DNA from: Octopus vulgaris
Lineage: Eukaryota
Assembly: GCA_951406725.2 (NCBI GenBank)
Contig: OX597832.1
Location: forward strand, 27,652,001 to 27,716,000
Direction: 5' to 3'
DNA length: 64,000 nt
In this document: one piece after another, positions 38,613 to 52,273 of the stretch
How the letters are laid out: every line of letters begins with the position of its first letter
Numbering within the stretch: the first letter of the stretch is position 1
Translations under genes and position numbers: made by a program
Notes under the pieces: model-generated
What the model was told of the DNA's origin: nothing
What the model saw: only the letters and a program-made list of their open reading frames with translations
Databases searched by the model: none

Positions 38613-39365
38613 CAGAGGCGATATAAGCATTCGCCACCCCTGCCTGACCTTTCAGGGACAGCTTTCTTTCAGCCTATTTCTGGGCAAGACTGGCCACCCT
38701 GTTCGCCACGTCGTCCCAGTTCTTATCAACCTAGAGGTCGGTACCAAACAAAGGCCCCAAGCACTTTAAATGGTCCGTCGGTACAGCGTCCGACGACACC
38801 ATAGCCGATGGCATCGTCCTAACTCTTCAGGAGCCCAGCCGCAAACCAATCGATTTATCGGCGTTGGTTTTAGCCCTTGCAACCGACTCATATTCCTTTA
38901 GGATGGTGCCGAGACGTCCGACACCATGAGAATTGTAATCGCTGTTGTCTTTATCAATATAATTGGTTTGGAAGAAAATTACGTCAAATCTCTGGTGCAC
39001 ATGGTTTGAGGAGGGTCAGGAAGTCAGCACAGAAAGTAAATGTTTTTAGTTAACATAGATCTGGGTGTGTGTGTGCGCGCGTGTACGCTCGTCTGAAGAA
39101 TGATTGCTGAAATGGGTTGTAACACGTAGGATATTGAGTTCAACACTATAAATGTAATCAGCCTAAGACATGCATTGAGTTCTTTTTTGAATCGTGGTCC
39201 TCTAATCATGGGATTAAGTATACACACACACACACACATATACATACATGCACACGCATATATACATACATACATACATACAAACACATACATACATACA
39301 TGCATACATACATACATGCATACATACATACGTAATACATACATACACACACACACACACATACA

Positions 39366-39399
<34 letters not shown>

Positions 39400-40439
39400 T
39401 ACATACATACATACATTTAAACACTCATTCATACGTACAAACGTATCTATGCTTTCTTAAACACAGAGGTATGCATACATACTCAACTATATATGCATAT
39501 ATATATATATATATGCATATATATATATATATATATATGCAGAGAGAGTGTGTGTGTGAGAGAGAGAGAGGGGGGATATACACGCACATACATATATACA
39601 CATGTACATGCGCACACATATGCACAAGCACGGGCATGCTCTGAAACACACACATACACAGACACTTATACACACATATAATATGTGTGTGTGTGTACAC
39701 ATAGATACATACATACAATCATTAGACAGGAAACATGGAAATTGTCTTTAAATGGCAGGAAAAATTCTGTAAACTTAATTAATTAATGACGTAATTAGTT
39801 AATTACTTCACACAGTTCTACGCGCGCGAACGCACGCACGCAAACACAGATAACCGCACGCAAACACAGATAACCGCACGCACACACACACGCACACACA
39901 TACAGGGAAACACACACACACACATAGAGGCAAACACACACATACACACACAGTTGTACACAATAAAACAGCAAAAGACACAATTACGAATCTTCCTGTT
40001 CCAAAGTGAAATCTTGTTGCTCTGTCTGTGCGTCGTCCCTCTACCAAATTAAACCACCAATTGACCTGGCCAAAGGTCAAAGTCACGCCAATATTTTAGT
40101 AAAGCAGACACTAATAGACAAGAGAGTTTAATTAATTTAATTACAGTTTTAACGATGAGAAAAACCATTATTTAAATTGCTAATTGGGATAAAAAGAAAT
40201 GGCACACAAGGGCGATAACCCAGAGATTTTAATTAATAAAAAGCTTTAAAATGTAAATGTACAGGCGCATGCGTGACTGTGTAAAAAGTTTGCTTCCCAA
40301 CCGCATGGATCTGGGTTCTCTTCCACAGTATGGCACATTGGGTGTCTTCTACTATTGTCTCGAGCCAACCAAAGCATTGTGAGAGAATTTGGTAGACGGA
40401 AACTGAAAGAAGCTCAGATCTTTGTGGTTTTCGTCACTG

Positions 40440-41376
40440 TCTACTATTTTGTCCGAATTGTGTTCAAATTTAGTGTATGGATTAAGTTTTGTATACTAAT
40501 TATGAAAATAAAATTTGTTTTTCCTATAAATCCATAATTAAAAAGTTATTAGCCTTTAAAATTAGCAAAATTTGAGTATTATAGCCAATCAGAAGCGAGT
40601 ATTTTCCACAACACCGTGGCGAAGAAATCTGTTTCTATAGTAACCAAAGCAAAGAAGCACTACGTGTTACATTGCTGATTGCGAAGAACTAAGATTCCAT
40701 AGAAACCAAAGATGTTGTGCATGCGCACAAGGAGTGTAACCACCACGTGTTCTATAATTGTTTGTTTTCATAACACATGGGACTCACACTCAACAAACCG
40801 AAAGTACCTGGGCATCTTTAAAGGCGTGGAAACAAACGCTGGTGTGGGACACGCCGTTCCATGGTTGACTCTTATCTTTGTGAATTAATGTGGAGAAGGA
40901 AATATGAGAAAGATAATTTATTTTATAAAATCCTAGAGTGTATCGCAAGCTTTCGTTCTTGATTTTTTTTAAAGTAATAACTGTCTGTGTTAAGCAATGT
41001 TTTGACTGTTATTTCTAGCAACTTCTGTTGGTTTGCTCGCATCTTTCAAATATTTAATTTGCTCGCGAATGCTTTAATGTTTTCACTGTTAACTATGCTC
41101 GTGTATATTTTAATGTTTTGACCGTATTTCTAGCAACTCCTGTTTGTTCGTAGCTTTTAGAAATTTAATTTGCTCATGAATGTTTTAATGTTTTTAACTG
41201 TTTACTGTAGCTAGTTTAATGCTTTCACATGCCAGTTCCCCCTCCTCCGATGATGGAAGAGGCAGCGAACGCGCTGTTTTCTGATTGGATGAAAATTCTG
41301 AAAATTACCAAATTTTAAACACCTGTAACGTTTTCGCAAAATTTTTCTGGAATAAATGAATAACAAATTCGGATTC
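40440..41376. mobile_element. Degenerate non-autonomous DNA transposon
   Basis: Imperfect inverted arms (CCGAATT/AATTCGG; CCAATCAGAA/TTCTGATTGG) and internal direct repeats. Confidence 0.45.
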
Positions 41377-42237
41377 AGCTTTGATCTTGTGCTGCAATTA
41401 AAAATCCTTCAGGTCTCTGCTTTGAGTCATGAGCTTCTCAGCCATTGTTGGGATTTTGCTTCGTCTATCTCTTTTCTGTTCAGTTTAACCCAGAGTTTGC
41501 CATGAAGGGGCTTTTCTTGTCATCGTTGTATCATGATCCATTGCTGTTCCAGTTTTAGTTTCACTTTCAGTTGTTTTACAGGTTTTGTTGTTTCTTTTTT
41601 TTCTTCATAGTTGTTAGGTACTATGACTCCTTTTTTGTATTTGTCAGCTTCCTTAAAGACCGAAAACAGTTTTTTGTTTTGCTTGTGTTTTGTGACTATT
41701 TGTATTAGTTTTCCTTGCTGCTGAAGTATTTCTGTAGGTCTATGGTGGCTATTTTGTAATAGTTTTCCAGCTGTATAAGGCCTCTACCACCTTCCATACG
41801 TTGTATATATAACCTTTCTATTTCAGATTTTGGGTGGTGCATCCTAAATCCTGTCATTATTTTTCTTGTTTTCCTCTCTATTTCGATTAATTCATTTAGT
41901 GTCCAGTTAAGAATATTGTTGCTGTAACTTATAACTGGGACGGCAAAAGTGTTGATATCTATTATCTTGTTTTTCACATTTAGCACCGTTTTCAGTATTA
42001 ATCTAATTCGTCTATAGTATTCTTTTTTTCTTATGTTCTCTTTCATTTGTTTGTGTTGTATCGTATCTCGTTCATGGATTCCCAAATATTTGTATGTCTG
42101 CCTTTGGTCTAATTCTCTTATTTTATTTCCTTCATCTTGTGTGATGTTGCTACTCTTCACTAGTTTCCCTCTTTTCAAGGTTGCTTTGGCACATTTTTCG
42201 AAGCCAAATTTCATGTTTATTTCTTTGGTAAATCCAT

Positions 42238-42238
<1 letters not shown>
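41377..42238 (-). mobile_element. Dong/R4-clade non-LTR retrotransposon fragment (decayed)
   Basis: FGFEKCA..YKYLGI..INTFAVPVISYS..HPKS..RLY..EGGRGL and EGFLIAAQDQ; 5' end abuts (TAA)n. Confidence 0.8.
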
Positions 42239-42301
<63 letters not shown>

Positions 42302-42320
42302 CATCATTATTATTATTATT

Positions 42321-42875
42321 GAGTGAGAGAGCAGTGTACGCCATCAAAGTGACACTGGGGTAAAATATACGAAGCCCAGTATACCCATCATGACTACCCG
42401 TCTGATAAGGGTACACCAGGCACATGCATCACAACCATATGTGCGCGACATGGTGATCTCATATCAAGATAAACAGCACATGACCTTGCAGGTGGAGCCC
42501 AGTTAGAATTTTCTTCTGGTCGAGTAACCCATCCCGCTCAAAAGGTCCCTGAATAAGGGTTGTTTAAGGACGTTGAACGAAACACCCATGTTTCCAGAGG
42601 TGAATCACTCAAACCCCAAAGAATCCTTCTCAACACATGGCTATGATGCTCCCCCACTACTTCTGCTCGTGATCAGAGATGCACATATCGTCAGCCACCA
42701 AGGGACATGCTCAACTGGTTAAGGTCAAACAACTGACAAGCAAATCTGTGGTATTGAGCAGAATATTTGCTGTAGGCCATCTTTTATACCAAGACAGAAC
42801 AATGTACATGATAACACTTCCAATCAGTTAAGATCAGAAGCCATGAGAGCCACTGCCTGGTACTGCATCAGGGCA
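42321..42875 (-). mobile_element. 555-bp non-coding repeat inserted in (TAA)n, copy 3
   Basis: Same ends; lies between two Dong/R4-like fragments. Confidence 0.8.
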
Positions 42876-42880
42876 GCCTG

Positions 42881-42913
<33 letters not shown>

Positions 42914-42915
<2 letters not shown>

Positions 42916-43103
42916 TTAGATTGGCTCAGTTTCGATTTTATTCCGGGTAGGATTTATATGGGTAGCAGGTTACTACCAGAGGTATCCTCGGGTTTTCAGT
43001 AATCTTACAAGTGCTTAGGACCCTCCTGATAATCTTTGCGGTCCCTAAGAGACAAACTTTCTGCAGGAGTTCTTCCGGACATTCTATTCCAATCTCCTTC
43101 GGC

Positions 43104-43104
<1 letters not shown>
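42914..43104 (-). mobile_element. 3' end of a Dong/R4-like element
   Basis: LLQKVCLLGTAKIIRRVL C-terminal motif, short 3' region, (TAA)n on both sides. Confidence 0.7.
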
Positions 43105-43169
<65 letters not shown>

Positions 43170-43667
43170 AATCTTGTAATTAGATTGTTTAATTATCTTT
43201 TAATTATCTTAAATTAATTTTACATTTTTCACTGTTTAATTTATTTTATTTTTTATTTTTATTTTTCTTAAATATATCTTAATTATTATTTTCATTTTTA
43301 AATATTTACTCTTTTAAGGAAAGTAATCTTTTTGAACTAGAATATCTTCCTTAGTAAGGTTATTTTCCTCAGCAATTCTACTGAACTCAACCTGTCTTTT
43401 TCAACTCATAATTTATACTTAGAATTAATTCTGACCAAATGACAATTCCATCGTGACCGAAATAGAAATATCTCTACTGAATAGCTTGATTCTACATAAC
43501 TCTCCTGTATATTTGAATTGGTTAGAAATAGTTTAAACGAGGTAAGGATTTTGCCATAAATATTCTTCAAGTTGCGAAGTAGGATTGAAAAAACAAAATA
43601 ACATATTCCAATTCTCTCATGATCCGTTAAACACAGTTCCTAAGTCAGTCAGCTAAGACATTTCCCT

Positions 43668-44831
43668 AAGGCGCAGGAGTGACTGTGTGGTAAGTAGCTT
43701 GCTAAACAACCACATGGTTCCGGGTTCAGTCCCACTGCGTGGCATCTTGGGCTAGTGTCTTCTGCTATAGCCTCGGGCCGACCAAAGCCTTGTGAGTGGA
43801 TTTGGTAGACGGAAACTGAAAGAAGCCTGTCGTATATATGTATATATATATATATGTATGTATGTGTGTGCATATGTTTGTGTGTCTGTGTTTGTCCCCC
43901 TAGCATTGCTTGACAACCGATGCTGGTGTGTTTACATCCCCGTCACTTAGCGGTTCGGCAAAAGAGACTGATAGAATAACTACTGGGCTTACAAAAGAAT
44001 AAGTCCCGGGGTCGATTTGCTTGACTAAAGGCGGTGCTCCAGCATGGCCGCAGTCAATTGACTGAAACAAGAAAAAGAGTAACCCTTAAACTGGTCAAGT
44101 ATAGTTAGTCTTATTACTATCCGTTAAAACACAATATCCTAAACTTTTCTGCCTCGAGGCACCGCTGAAGCCTTTCAGAAATCCGTGGCATAACCTTTCA
44201 TATTAGAAAGATCTAATATGACAGTTGTTTTTTGATTCAACATCTATATAACAAATCTTTGTCTCTGGATAATAACATATGTGTAAGAAAACTATGTCAC
44301 TGGAATTGATAATAAATTTTTTTTCTTTATTTCACCAATGTTGATGTAATAAGCATAAAATAGATGACAATACAAAAATGTAATAGACAACAATACGAAA
44401 TATAAGATGGCAATAATATTAATTGTTAAAATAATATGAAAAGGTGTTTTTGACTCTAAATTATCAATCATGATACAACATACGTATTACTCTTTTACTT
44501 GTTTCAGTCATTTGACTGTGGTCATGCTGGAGCACCGCCTTTAGTCGAGCAAATCGACCCCAGTACTTATACTCTGTAAGCCAGCATCGGTTGGCAAGCG
44601 AAGTTGGGGGGACAAACACAGACACACAAACATATACACACACATACATATATGTATACATATATACACGACGGGCTTCTTTCAGTTTCCGTCTACCAAA
44701 TCCACTCACAAGGCTTTGGTCGGCCTGAGGCTATAGTAGAAGACACTTGCCCAAGGTGCCGCGCAGTGGGTCTGAACCCGGAACCATGTGGTTGGTAAGC
44801 AAGCTACTTACCACACAGCTACTCCTACGCC
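43668..44831. mobile_element. Inverted pair of tRNA/CORE-like SINEs (43668-44080 +, 44487-44831 -)
   Basis: Tail-to-tail copies ~400 bp apart; second has an internal deletion. Confidence 0.85.
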
Positions 44832-44843
44832 TGTATATATCTT

Positions 44844-45260
44844 TATTTCTTTATTGCCCACAGGGTTCTAAACTTAGAGGGGACAAACGAGGACAGACAA
44901 ACGGATTAAGTCGATTATATCGACCCTAGTGCGTGACTGGTACTTTATTTAGTCGACCCCGAAAGGATGAATGGCAAAGTCGACCTCGGCGGAATTTGAA
45001 CTCAGAACGTAGCAGCAGACGAAATACCTATTTCTTTACTACCCACAAGGGGCTAATCACAGAGGAGACAAACAAGGACAGACAAAGGGATTAAGTCGAT
45101 TATATCGACCCCAGTGCGTAACTGGTACTTATTTAATCGACCCCGAAAGGATGAAAGGCAAAGTCGACCTCGGCGGAATTTGAACTCAGAACGTAACGGC
45201 AGACGAAATACTGCTACGTATTTCGCCCGGCGTGCTAACGTTTCTGCCAGCTCGCCGCCT
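44844..45260 (-). mobile_element. Meta-like SINE, dimer (headless inverted copy at 45481-45666)
   Basis: Junction at 45028. Confidence 0.85.
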
Positions 45261-45807
45261 TTCACCCGGCGGGCTGTATAGATTGTCACGTGATATCCTG
45301 CAGAGTGATCACGAAGAGAAAAAGTTGCAGTATGTCTCCTTGGGGCAATCTGGTTTTGACGTCAAGGCAAAATTTTGATGTGACAATTTTGTGGTCCCTG
45401 CTTCCTCCTTAAAAGATATTGTAAAACTGTGTTTAAGGTGCTATTCGCCCATTTCTTGTTGACTAACATTTAATCTAGCCAGGTATTTCGTCTGCCGTTA
45501 TGTTCCGAGTTCAAATTCCGCCGAGATCGACTTTGCTTTTCACCCTTTCGGGGTCGTTTAAATAAGTACTAATTACTCACTGGGGTCGATGAAATCAACT
45601 TAATCCGTTTGACTGTCCTTGTTTGTCCCCTCTGTGTTTAGCCCCTTGTGGGCAATAAAGAAATACTAATTTTTTTATATCGAAATAGCTAAACAAATGT
45701 TGATTATGATCAAAGGGAAATAACTCATCTTGAACTTCTCAAAAATTATCTCCCTTACATTGATAATTTGCTTCACAAAAAATTTATGCGTATTGGCATG
45801 TTTTTCA

Positions 45808-45840
<33 letters not shown>

Positions 45841-46405
45841 ACAGGTTGAAAGAGTGAGTTGACCATTTTCCCGTCGGATCAAAAGACGACTTAGTCATTC
45901 CATAAATGCAAACTCGTGAATTAAATATCCGACTGAATTAAATACGTATGATTTAAGTGGTGCCCCAGCATGGCCGTAGTCAAAACACTGAGAGCAATAA
46001 AAGAATAAAAGAACAGAAGATGGTTTTCAACTGAGAAAATCGAAATTACGAAATGGGACAAAGCAGAATGCTGAGTCACGCATGGATTGTCTGCCTTATT
46101 TTCAGGGGAGATAACCTCTAAACACACCTTCCCTTTCATGGTCACAGTTTCCCGGACCGGTTCGATTCTCGCAGTAAGAAATCGTGGGGTAGAAATTTCA
46201 TATAGTTTAGAGTCAATCTGTTTTTTGTTTTTTTGCTTTTTTATATAAATAAAATTAGATAGAAGGGAAACGGTAAGGAAACCCTACTGAATGAGTCTAT
46301 CAGTGATTCAAAAAGCACTGCTTTGTCGCACTCGCTGATTCTACCTGAGATTTCCATTAAGGTTACGCACGTCTGCAGAATACTCTCTCTTTCTGTCTCT
46401 CTTTC

Positions 46406-46436
<31 letters not shown>

Positions 46437-46526
46437 ACGCAGGCACGGCTATGGGCTGAACGGTATTTTGGGCGAGCGCACGCACACACACACATTCATA
46501 TAGAACCATTTTCTTAGTTTGTGACT

Positions 46527-46565
<39 letters not shown>

Positions 46566-46624
46566 GTATATATATATGGATGCGTATATATATATATATA
46601 TATACGCATCCATTTCCATCTAAG

Positions 46625-46674
<50 letters not shown>

Positions 46675-46743
46675 CACACACACACATATATATATGTATG
46701 TGTGTATGTATGTATATACATAAATATACATGCATACATACAT

Positions 46744-46786
<43 letters not shown>

Positions 46787-46856
46787 GACTCACACACACA
46801 CACACATACACATATATATAGGTATGTATATATATATGTGTGTGTGTGTCTGTGCG

Positions 46857-46902
<46 letters not shown>

Positions 46903-46998
46903 GACGCACACACACAAACACATACACATAGATATAGGTATGTATATATATATATGTGTGTGTGTCTGTCCGTCTGTCTGTGTGTGCGCGCGTGTATG

Positions 46999-47029
<31 letters not shown>

Positions 47030-47473
47030 CACAGACACACAAACACACACACGACATACAATGATCCCCTCATTCTATGCAATGATGATCGCCGCGTCCC
47101 CCGAGGGATCCCTGCCGTCTCCTGCCCAATAGTATCCGAGTGTCATAATGTCCAATAAACCCCAGAACTGTTTCACTGTCCAAAAGTGCATTCTTAATCA
47201 AGCCGCAGACACAAGATGACCAAACAACGCGTGATGAAGTTGCTTTGTGGTCATCTTCTTGCCCTGGCTGACCACTGAAATCATTTATGGTCATCTCCTG
47301 TAGAGAGCCGTCTTCTAGACTTTTCTGTTTAGAGAGAATTTGTTAGTGAAAGCATGGTGGTAGTGGCGGCGGTGGTGGTGGTGGGAGTGATTGTTGGAGT
47401 TTTGCTTCGTCAGAAGTTCTATTGTTGGGTCACACAGAAACCTGATCATAACCATACGCCCACGGAAGTATAC

Positions 47474-47517
<44 letters not shown>

Positions 47518-47579
47518 ATATATATATATATGTGTATGTATATATGTATTTATATATATTATATATAATATATATATAT

Positions 47580-47637
<58 letters not shown>

Positions 47638-47669
47638 AGTATTTATATATATGTATATATATATATATG

Positions 47670-47712
<43 letters not shown>

Positions 47713-47989
47713 ATATATATATGTATGTATATATATATGTGTATGTATGTATGTGTGTATGTATGTGTGTATGTGTGTGCGTTGAAGGCCTTTCGTGGTA
47801 TTCTTCCGCAGGTAGACAATTCGTCAGTCAGGACTAAAGAGTTCTCTTGTGTCAGGCACCGAACTCGTATTTAATTCCGGGCTAAATAAGCAAATATGCA
47901 CACACGGATATGATTACAGGTATATCAACACACAAACACACACGAACACACACAGAACACACATACACACACATACACACACATACACA

Positions 47990-48495
47990 CACATACACAC
48001 ATACACTCACAAGCACACACGAACGCACACATACACACATACACACACAAGCACACACGAACGCATACATAGACACATACACACACAAGCACACACGAAC
48101 GCACACATACACACATACACACACAAGCACACACGAACACATACATAGACACATACACACACAAGCACACACGAACGCACACATACACACATGCACTCAC
48201 AAGCACACACGAACGCACACATACACACATACACACACAAGCACACACGAACACACACATACACACATACACTCACAAGCACACACGAACGCACACATAG
48301 ACACATACACACACAAGCACACACGAACACACACATACACACATACACTCACAAGCACACACGAACGCACACATAGACACATACACACACAAGCACACAC
48401 GAACACACACATACACACATACACTCACAAGCACACACGAACACACACATAGACACATACACACACAAGCACACACGAACACACACATACACAGG
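47990..48495. repeat. 38-bp minisatellite built from CA repeats (~13 units)
   Basis: CAAGCACACACGAAC recurs every 38 bp (48010, 48048...). Confidence 0.9.
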
Positions 48496-48588
48496 AACAA
48501 ACACACGCGCGCACACACACACACACACGCACATCCACACAAACACATATACGCATACACACGTACACGCACACGTGCTAAAAATCAA

Positions 48589-48619
<31 letters not shown>

Positions 48620-48688
48620 TACGATCAAAGACACACATTCTCACGCAGGCGCTCGCACACCACTCACATGCTCCCATACAAGCATCTG

Positions 48689-48724
<36 letters not shown>

Positions 48725-48818
48725 TCCTGTGTTTATTAAACAAGATTCCATGAGAATATGCTGGAATTCCACGAAGTTGAAATGAATTACAATGAAATTT
48801 TACAAAATTCATTTTATT

Positions 48819-49230
48819 TAGGCGCAGGAGTGGCTGTGTGGTAAGTAGCTTGCTTACCAACCACATGGTTCCGGGTTCAGTCCCACTACATGGTACCTTG
48901 GGCAAGTGTCTTCTACTATAGCCCCGGACCGACCAATGCCTTGTGAGTGGATTTGGTAGACGGAAACTGAAAGAAGCCTGTCGTATATATGTATATATAT
49001 ATATGTATGTGTGTGTGTGTGTTTGTGTGTCTGTGTTTGTCCCCCTAGCATTGCTTGACAACCGATGCTGGTGTGTTTACGACCCTGTCACTTAGCGGTT
49101 CGGCAAAAGAGAACCGATAGAATAAGTACTGGACTTACAAAGAATAAGTCCTGTGGTTGATTTGCTCGACTAAAGGCGGTGCTCCAGCATGGCCGCAGTC
49201 AAATGACTGAAACAAGTAAAAGAGAGTAAA
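48819..49230 (+). mobile_element. tRNA/CORE-like SINE
   Basis: Full-length copy. Confidence 0.88.
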
Positions 49231-49917
49231 AGGGAAAGAGAGTTACCCCAAAACTCGTGTCCATCAATGGTTTCATGAATCAATTATGCATTACATCTAA
49301 TATATTATGATTTCTATACAAACAAATTACTATGCTATACGATTTCTATATGAATGAATTATTATTGTTATTATAATTCATTTTTTCCGACTCTTTACGT
49401 TCTGGTTTCAAACGCCATCAAGGTCGACTTTGCCTTTCATCCTTTCAGGATCGATACCAGCTGAACTCTAGCGTTGATGTTATCGACTTACCCCTCCCCT
49501 CAAAATTGCCGGCCTTGTGCTAAAATTTGAAACCATTATTATTGTTGTTGTTTTTGCTGTTTCTATTGTTGCGTTTGCTGTTGTTGTTGTTGTTTCACCG
49601 ACTGATTTTTTCTTGGAGTGTTCTTGCTTTTATAACTATCCAGAAGGAAAGATATATCATGGAGTACAATAGATTTAGTTGGTGGTCTTATCTTTATTCT
49701 AGCTTTTGGTAGAAGAGGTTAGAAAGGGTCAAGTGGTGAAGATGTTATTTCGGCCTAGCTAAAGGCATCTGGAAAATGCAAACCGCTGTTAGAGATAAAC
49801 CATTGTTCCACCGTGGGAAAAGTTCTGTTGCAGTGTTAATTTAAATTCGGCTATGGTGGATCGAATCCACTTCATGCATGCAAGATCTACTACATACTCT
49901 ATAACACCTTATACAAC

Positions 49918-50195
49918 GGCGCGTGGCCAATGGTTAGGGTGTTGCACTCACAATGGCAGGATCGCGGTTTCGATCCCCACACCGACGGTGTTTTGTGTTC
50001 TTGAGCAAAACACTTCATTTCACGTTACTCCTGTCCACTCAGGATAACCTTGCGATGGACTGACGTTCCGTTCAAGCGGAATGTTTGCCTCCCCACCTAA
50101 CCTATGGGGAGGCACCATTCGAAAGCTACAACAATGCGGAAGCGCATTGTGCCCAGCGGTGTATCACAACATCCGATAGTCTGGTCGATACACCG
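49918..50195 (+). mobile_element. Older tRNA-derived SINE
   Basis: TGGCCAATGG / GTTTCGATCCC boxes. Confidence 0.6.
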
Positions 50196-50282
50196 ATAAA
50201 GCCTCTATAATAATATTATACACTGTATTATCTTTATATGACATAATAAGGCCTTTATATTGGTAAATCGTGATATATTTAT

Positions 50283-50691
50283 AATCCTTTCTACTAAAGG
50301 CACAAGGCCTGAAATTTGGGGGGAAGGGCCTAGTCGAATACATTGATTTCAATGTTTCACTTATACTTATTTTATCGATGCCGAAAGGATGAAAGGTAAA
50401 GTCGACCTCGGTGGAATTTGAACTCAGAACGCAGCGACGGGCGAAATACCTATTTCTATTTCTTTACTACCCACAAGGGGCTAAACACAGAGAGGACAAA
50501 CAAGGACAGACAAACGGGTTAAGTCATTTACGTCGACCCCCAGTGCATAACTGGTACTTAATTTATCGACCCCGAAAAGATGAAAGGCAAAGTCGACCTC
50601 GGCGGAATTTGAACTCAGAACGTAACGGCAGACGAAATACCGCTAAGCATCTCGCCCGGCGTGCTAATGTTTCTGCCAGCTCGCCGCCTTA
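50283..50691 (-). mobile_element. Meta-like SINE, dimer with alternative terminal tail
   Basis: Junction at 50450; last unit ends CCTTGTGCCTTTAGTAGAAAGGATTA. Confidence 0.8.
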
Positions 50692-51336
50692 AATAATATA
50701 ATTATAATACATTATCATAAATTGTAATTCTAAGTAATTCTAATTATAATAGAGTTATGTCCCTTGCTCGGTTCCCATCTCACCCTGTCCTCCTTCTCCT
50801 CTTTCTCCTCCCACTTCTTCCCTACGGTTCTAACGCGAGGTTGGAATGACATCAAAGTCCAATAATGGTTAATAATGTATACATACATACATACATATAT
50901 GTATATATATATACATACAACAATTTAACGAGATAAACAATTTAACAAGATCCTTTATCTAGGAGGTGGGGAGGTGGGGGTGGAGGAGAGTGAAGTGTTC
51001 TTGTGGAGGATAAACAAATACTTCTCTCTCTTTCTCTCCCTTTCTATCCTCCACTGGAGTCTAGCCATCGATCTATCTCCGCTCCATCTTACCACGCACA
51101 GCCGTTATCGATACAACAACCCTAATCCCCGCCGCCTCCTCATCATAACACCACCCCCACCACTACAGCAGGGGACGGGTTTTATGATAAAACATGACAT
51201 ACACACACATACACCACTACCACCACTCGCCTCTACCTGACACCTCGTCTCCCCACTACTCCACCACCACCACCACCAGCACCACAACCTCCACCACAAC
51301 TACGCCTCCACCAAGTTCTCTCTTTTTCTATCGCTG

Positions 51337-51380
<44 letters not shown>

Positions 51381-51535
51381 CCTCTCTCCCTAAGTACCCG
51401 GTCGCAGCATAATACTTCCGTACTGCCTATGGACCCCTTTCATTCCTCTTTTACTCAAGCGGATCCCTATGGCCATTCCATGTTTAAAAAAATAATTTTC
51501 TCTTGTTAAGGGCTTTAAAACCCGAAATATCATAA

Positions 51536-52127
51536 TCTATATATATAAAGCTGAAGTTGTCTGTGTGGTGTGGCAGGTTTGGTAGCCTTCAACTAACACT
51601 ATCTCCTCCGAGACTCTGCGGCGCAAGTTGACCAAAATTGAGAGTATGATAAAAGAAGGCTTGCTCCTCCTTCTGTAGAAGAAAACATCCAAATCGGACC
51701 ATGTTAACACCAAAAATTATTTACATCAAAAAGGTGCTTTTTTTTTTTTATGAAAATCCCTATTTTTTACGATTTTTTTACTGCTGTGTCGCCATTTTTC
51801 GGTGTATTTCAACCAGAAAAATGTTCACTTAAAGAGAATAACAAGCTACATAATGCAAAAGTTTTACTTTTCAAAAATTCCAATTCTAAAGGGTCGAAAC
51901 AAACCCGAGCAACGCCGGGCGATACTGCTAGTAGTAAATAATCTTAATCTCAGATTTATAGAAATAAGGAAATGTGTTTGATGTTCTTTGGGTTTCACTC
52001 ACTGGAATTCATCATCATTTAATTCATCATCATTTAACTGCATTAGTGAGATGGAATTTTTACTTTTCAAAATTTCCAATTCTAAAAGGTCGAAACAAAC
52101 CCGAACAACGCCGGGCGATACTGCTAG
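51536..52127 (+). mobile_element. Non-autonomous Helitron, family B, with a second 3' terminus
   Basis: A|TC at 51536, CTAG|T at 51931; last ~70 bp repeated at 52056-52127, again ending CTAG|T. Confidence 0.82.
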
Positions 52128-52273
52128 TAAATGTATAAAGCTTCATTTTGTTTTCATTTTTTTCATTTGAATGGTGATTTGATTGCAGAGAAAGTAGTGA
52201 GTTCTTGACATTTTTATTTAGACATTTTCTATTTGATTCCAGTATTATTGGCAGAGTCATTAAGGCCAATAAT

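Larger units (their letters stand above)
37160..38940 (-). mobile_element. Decayed Tx1/L1-clade LINE ORF2, interrupted by a Helitron and a MITE
   Basis: KVLG..NWDDV..RKLSLKG..VANAYIASVIIYRL..LFKFM*KG..VRRSVCCQHPQSGG; stops and frameshifts. Confidence 0.75.
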
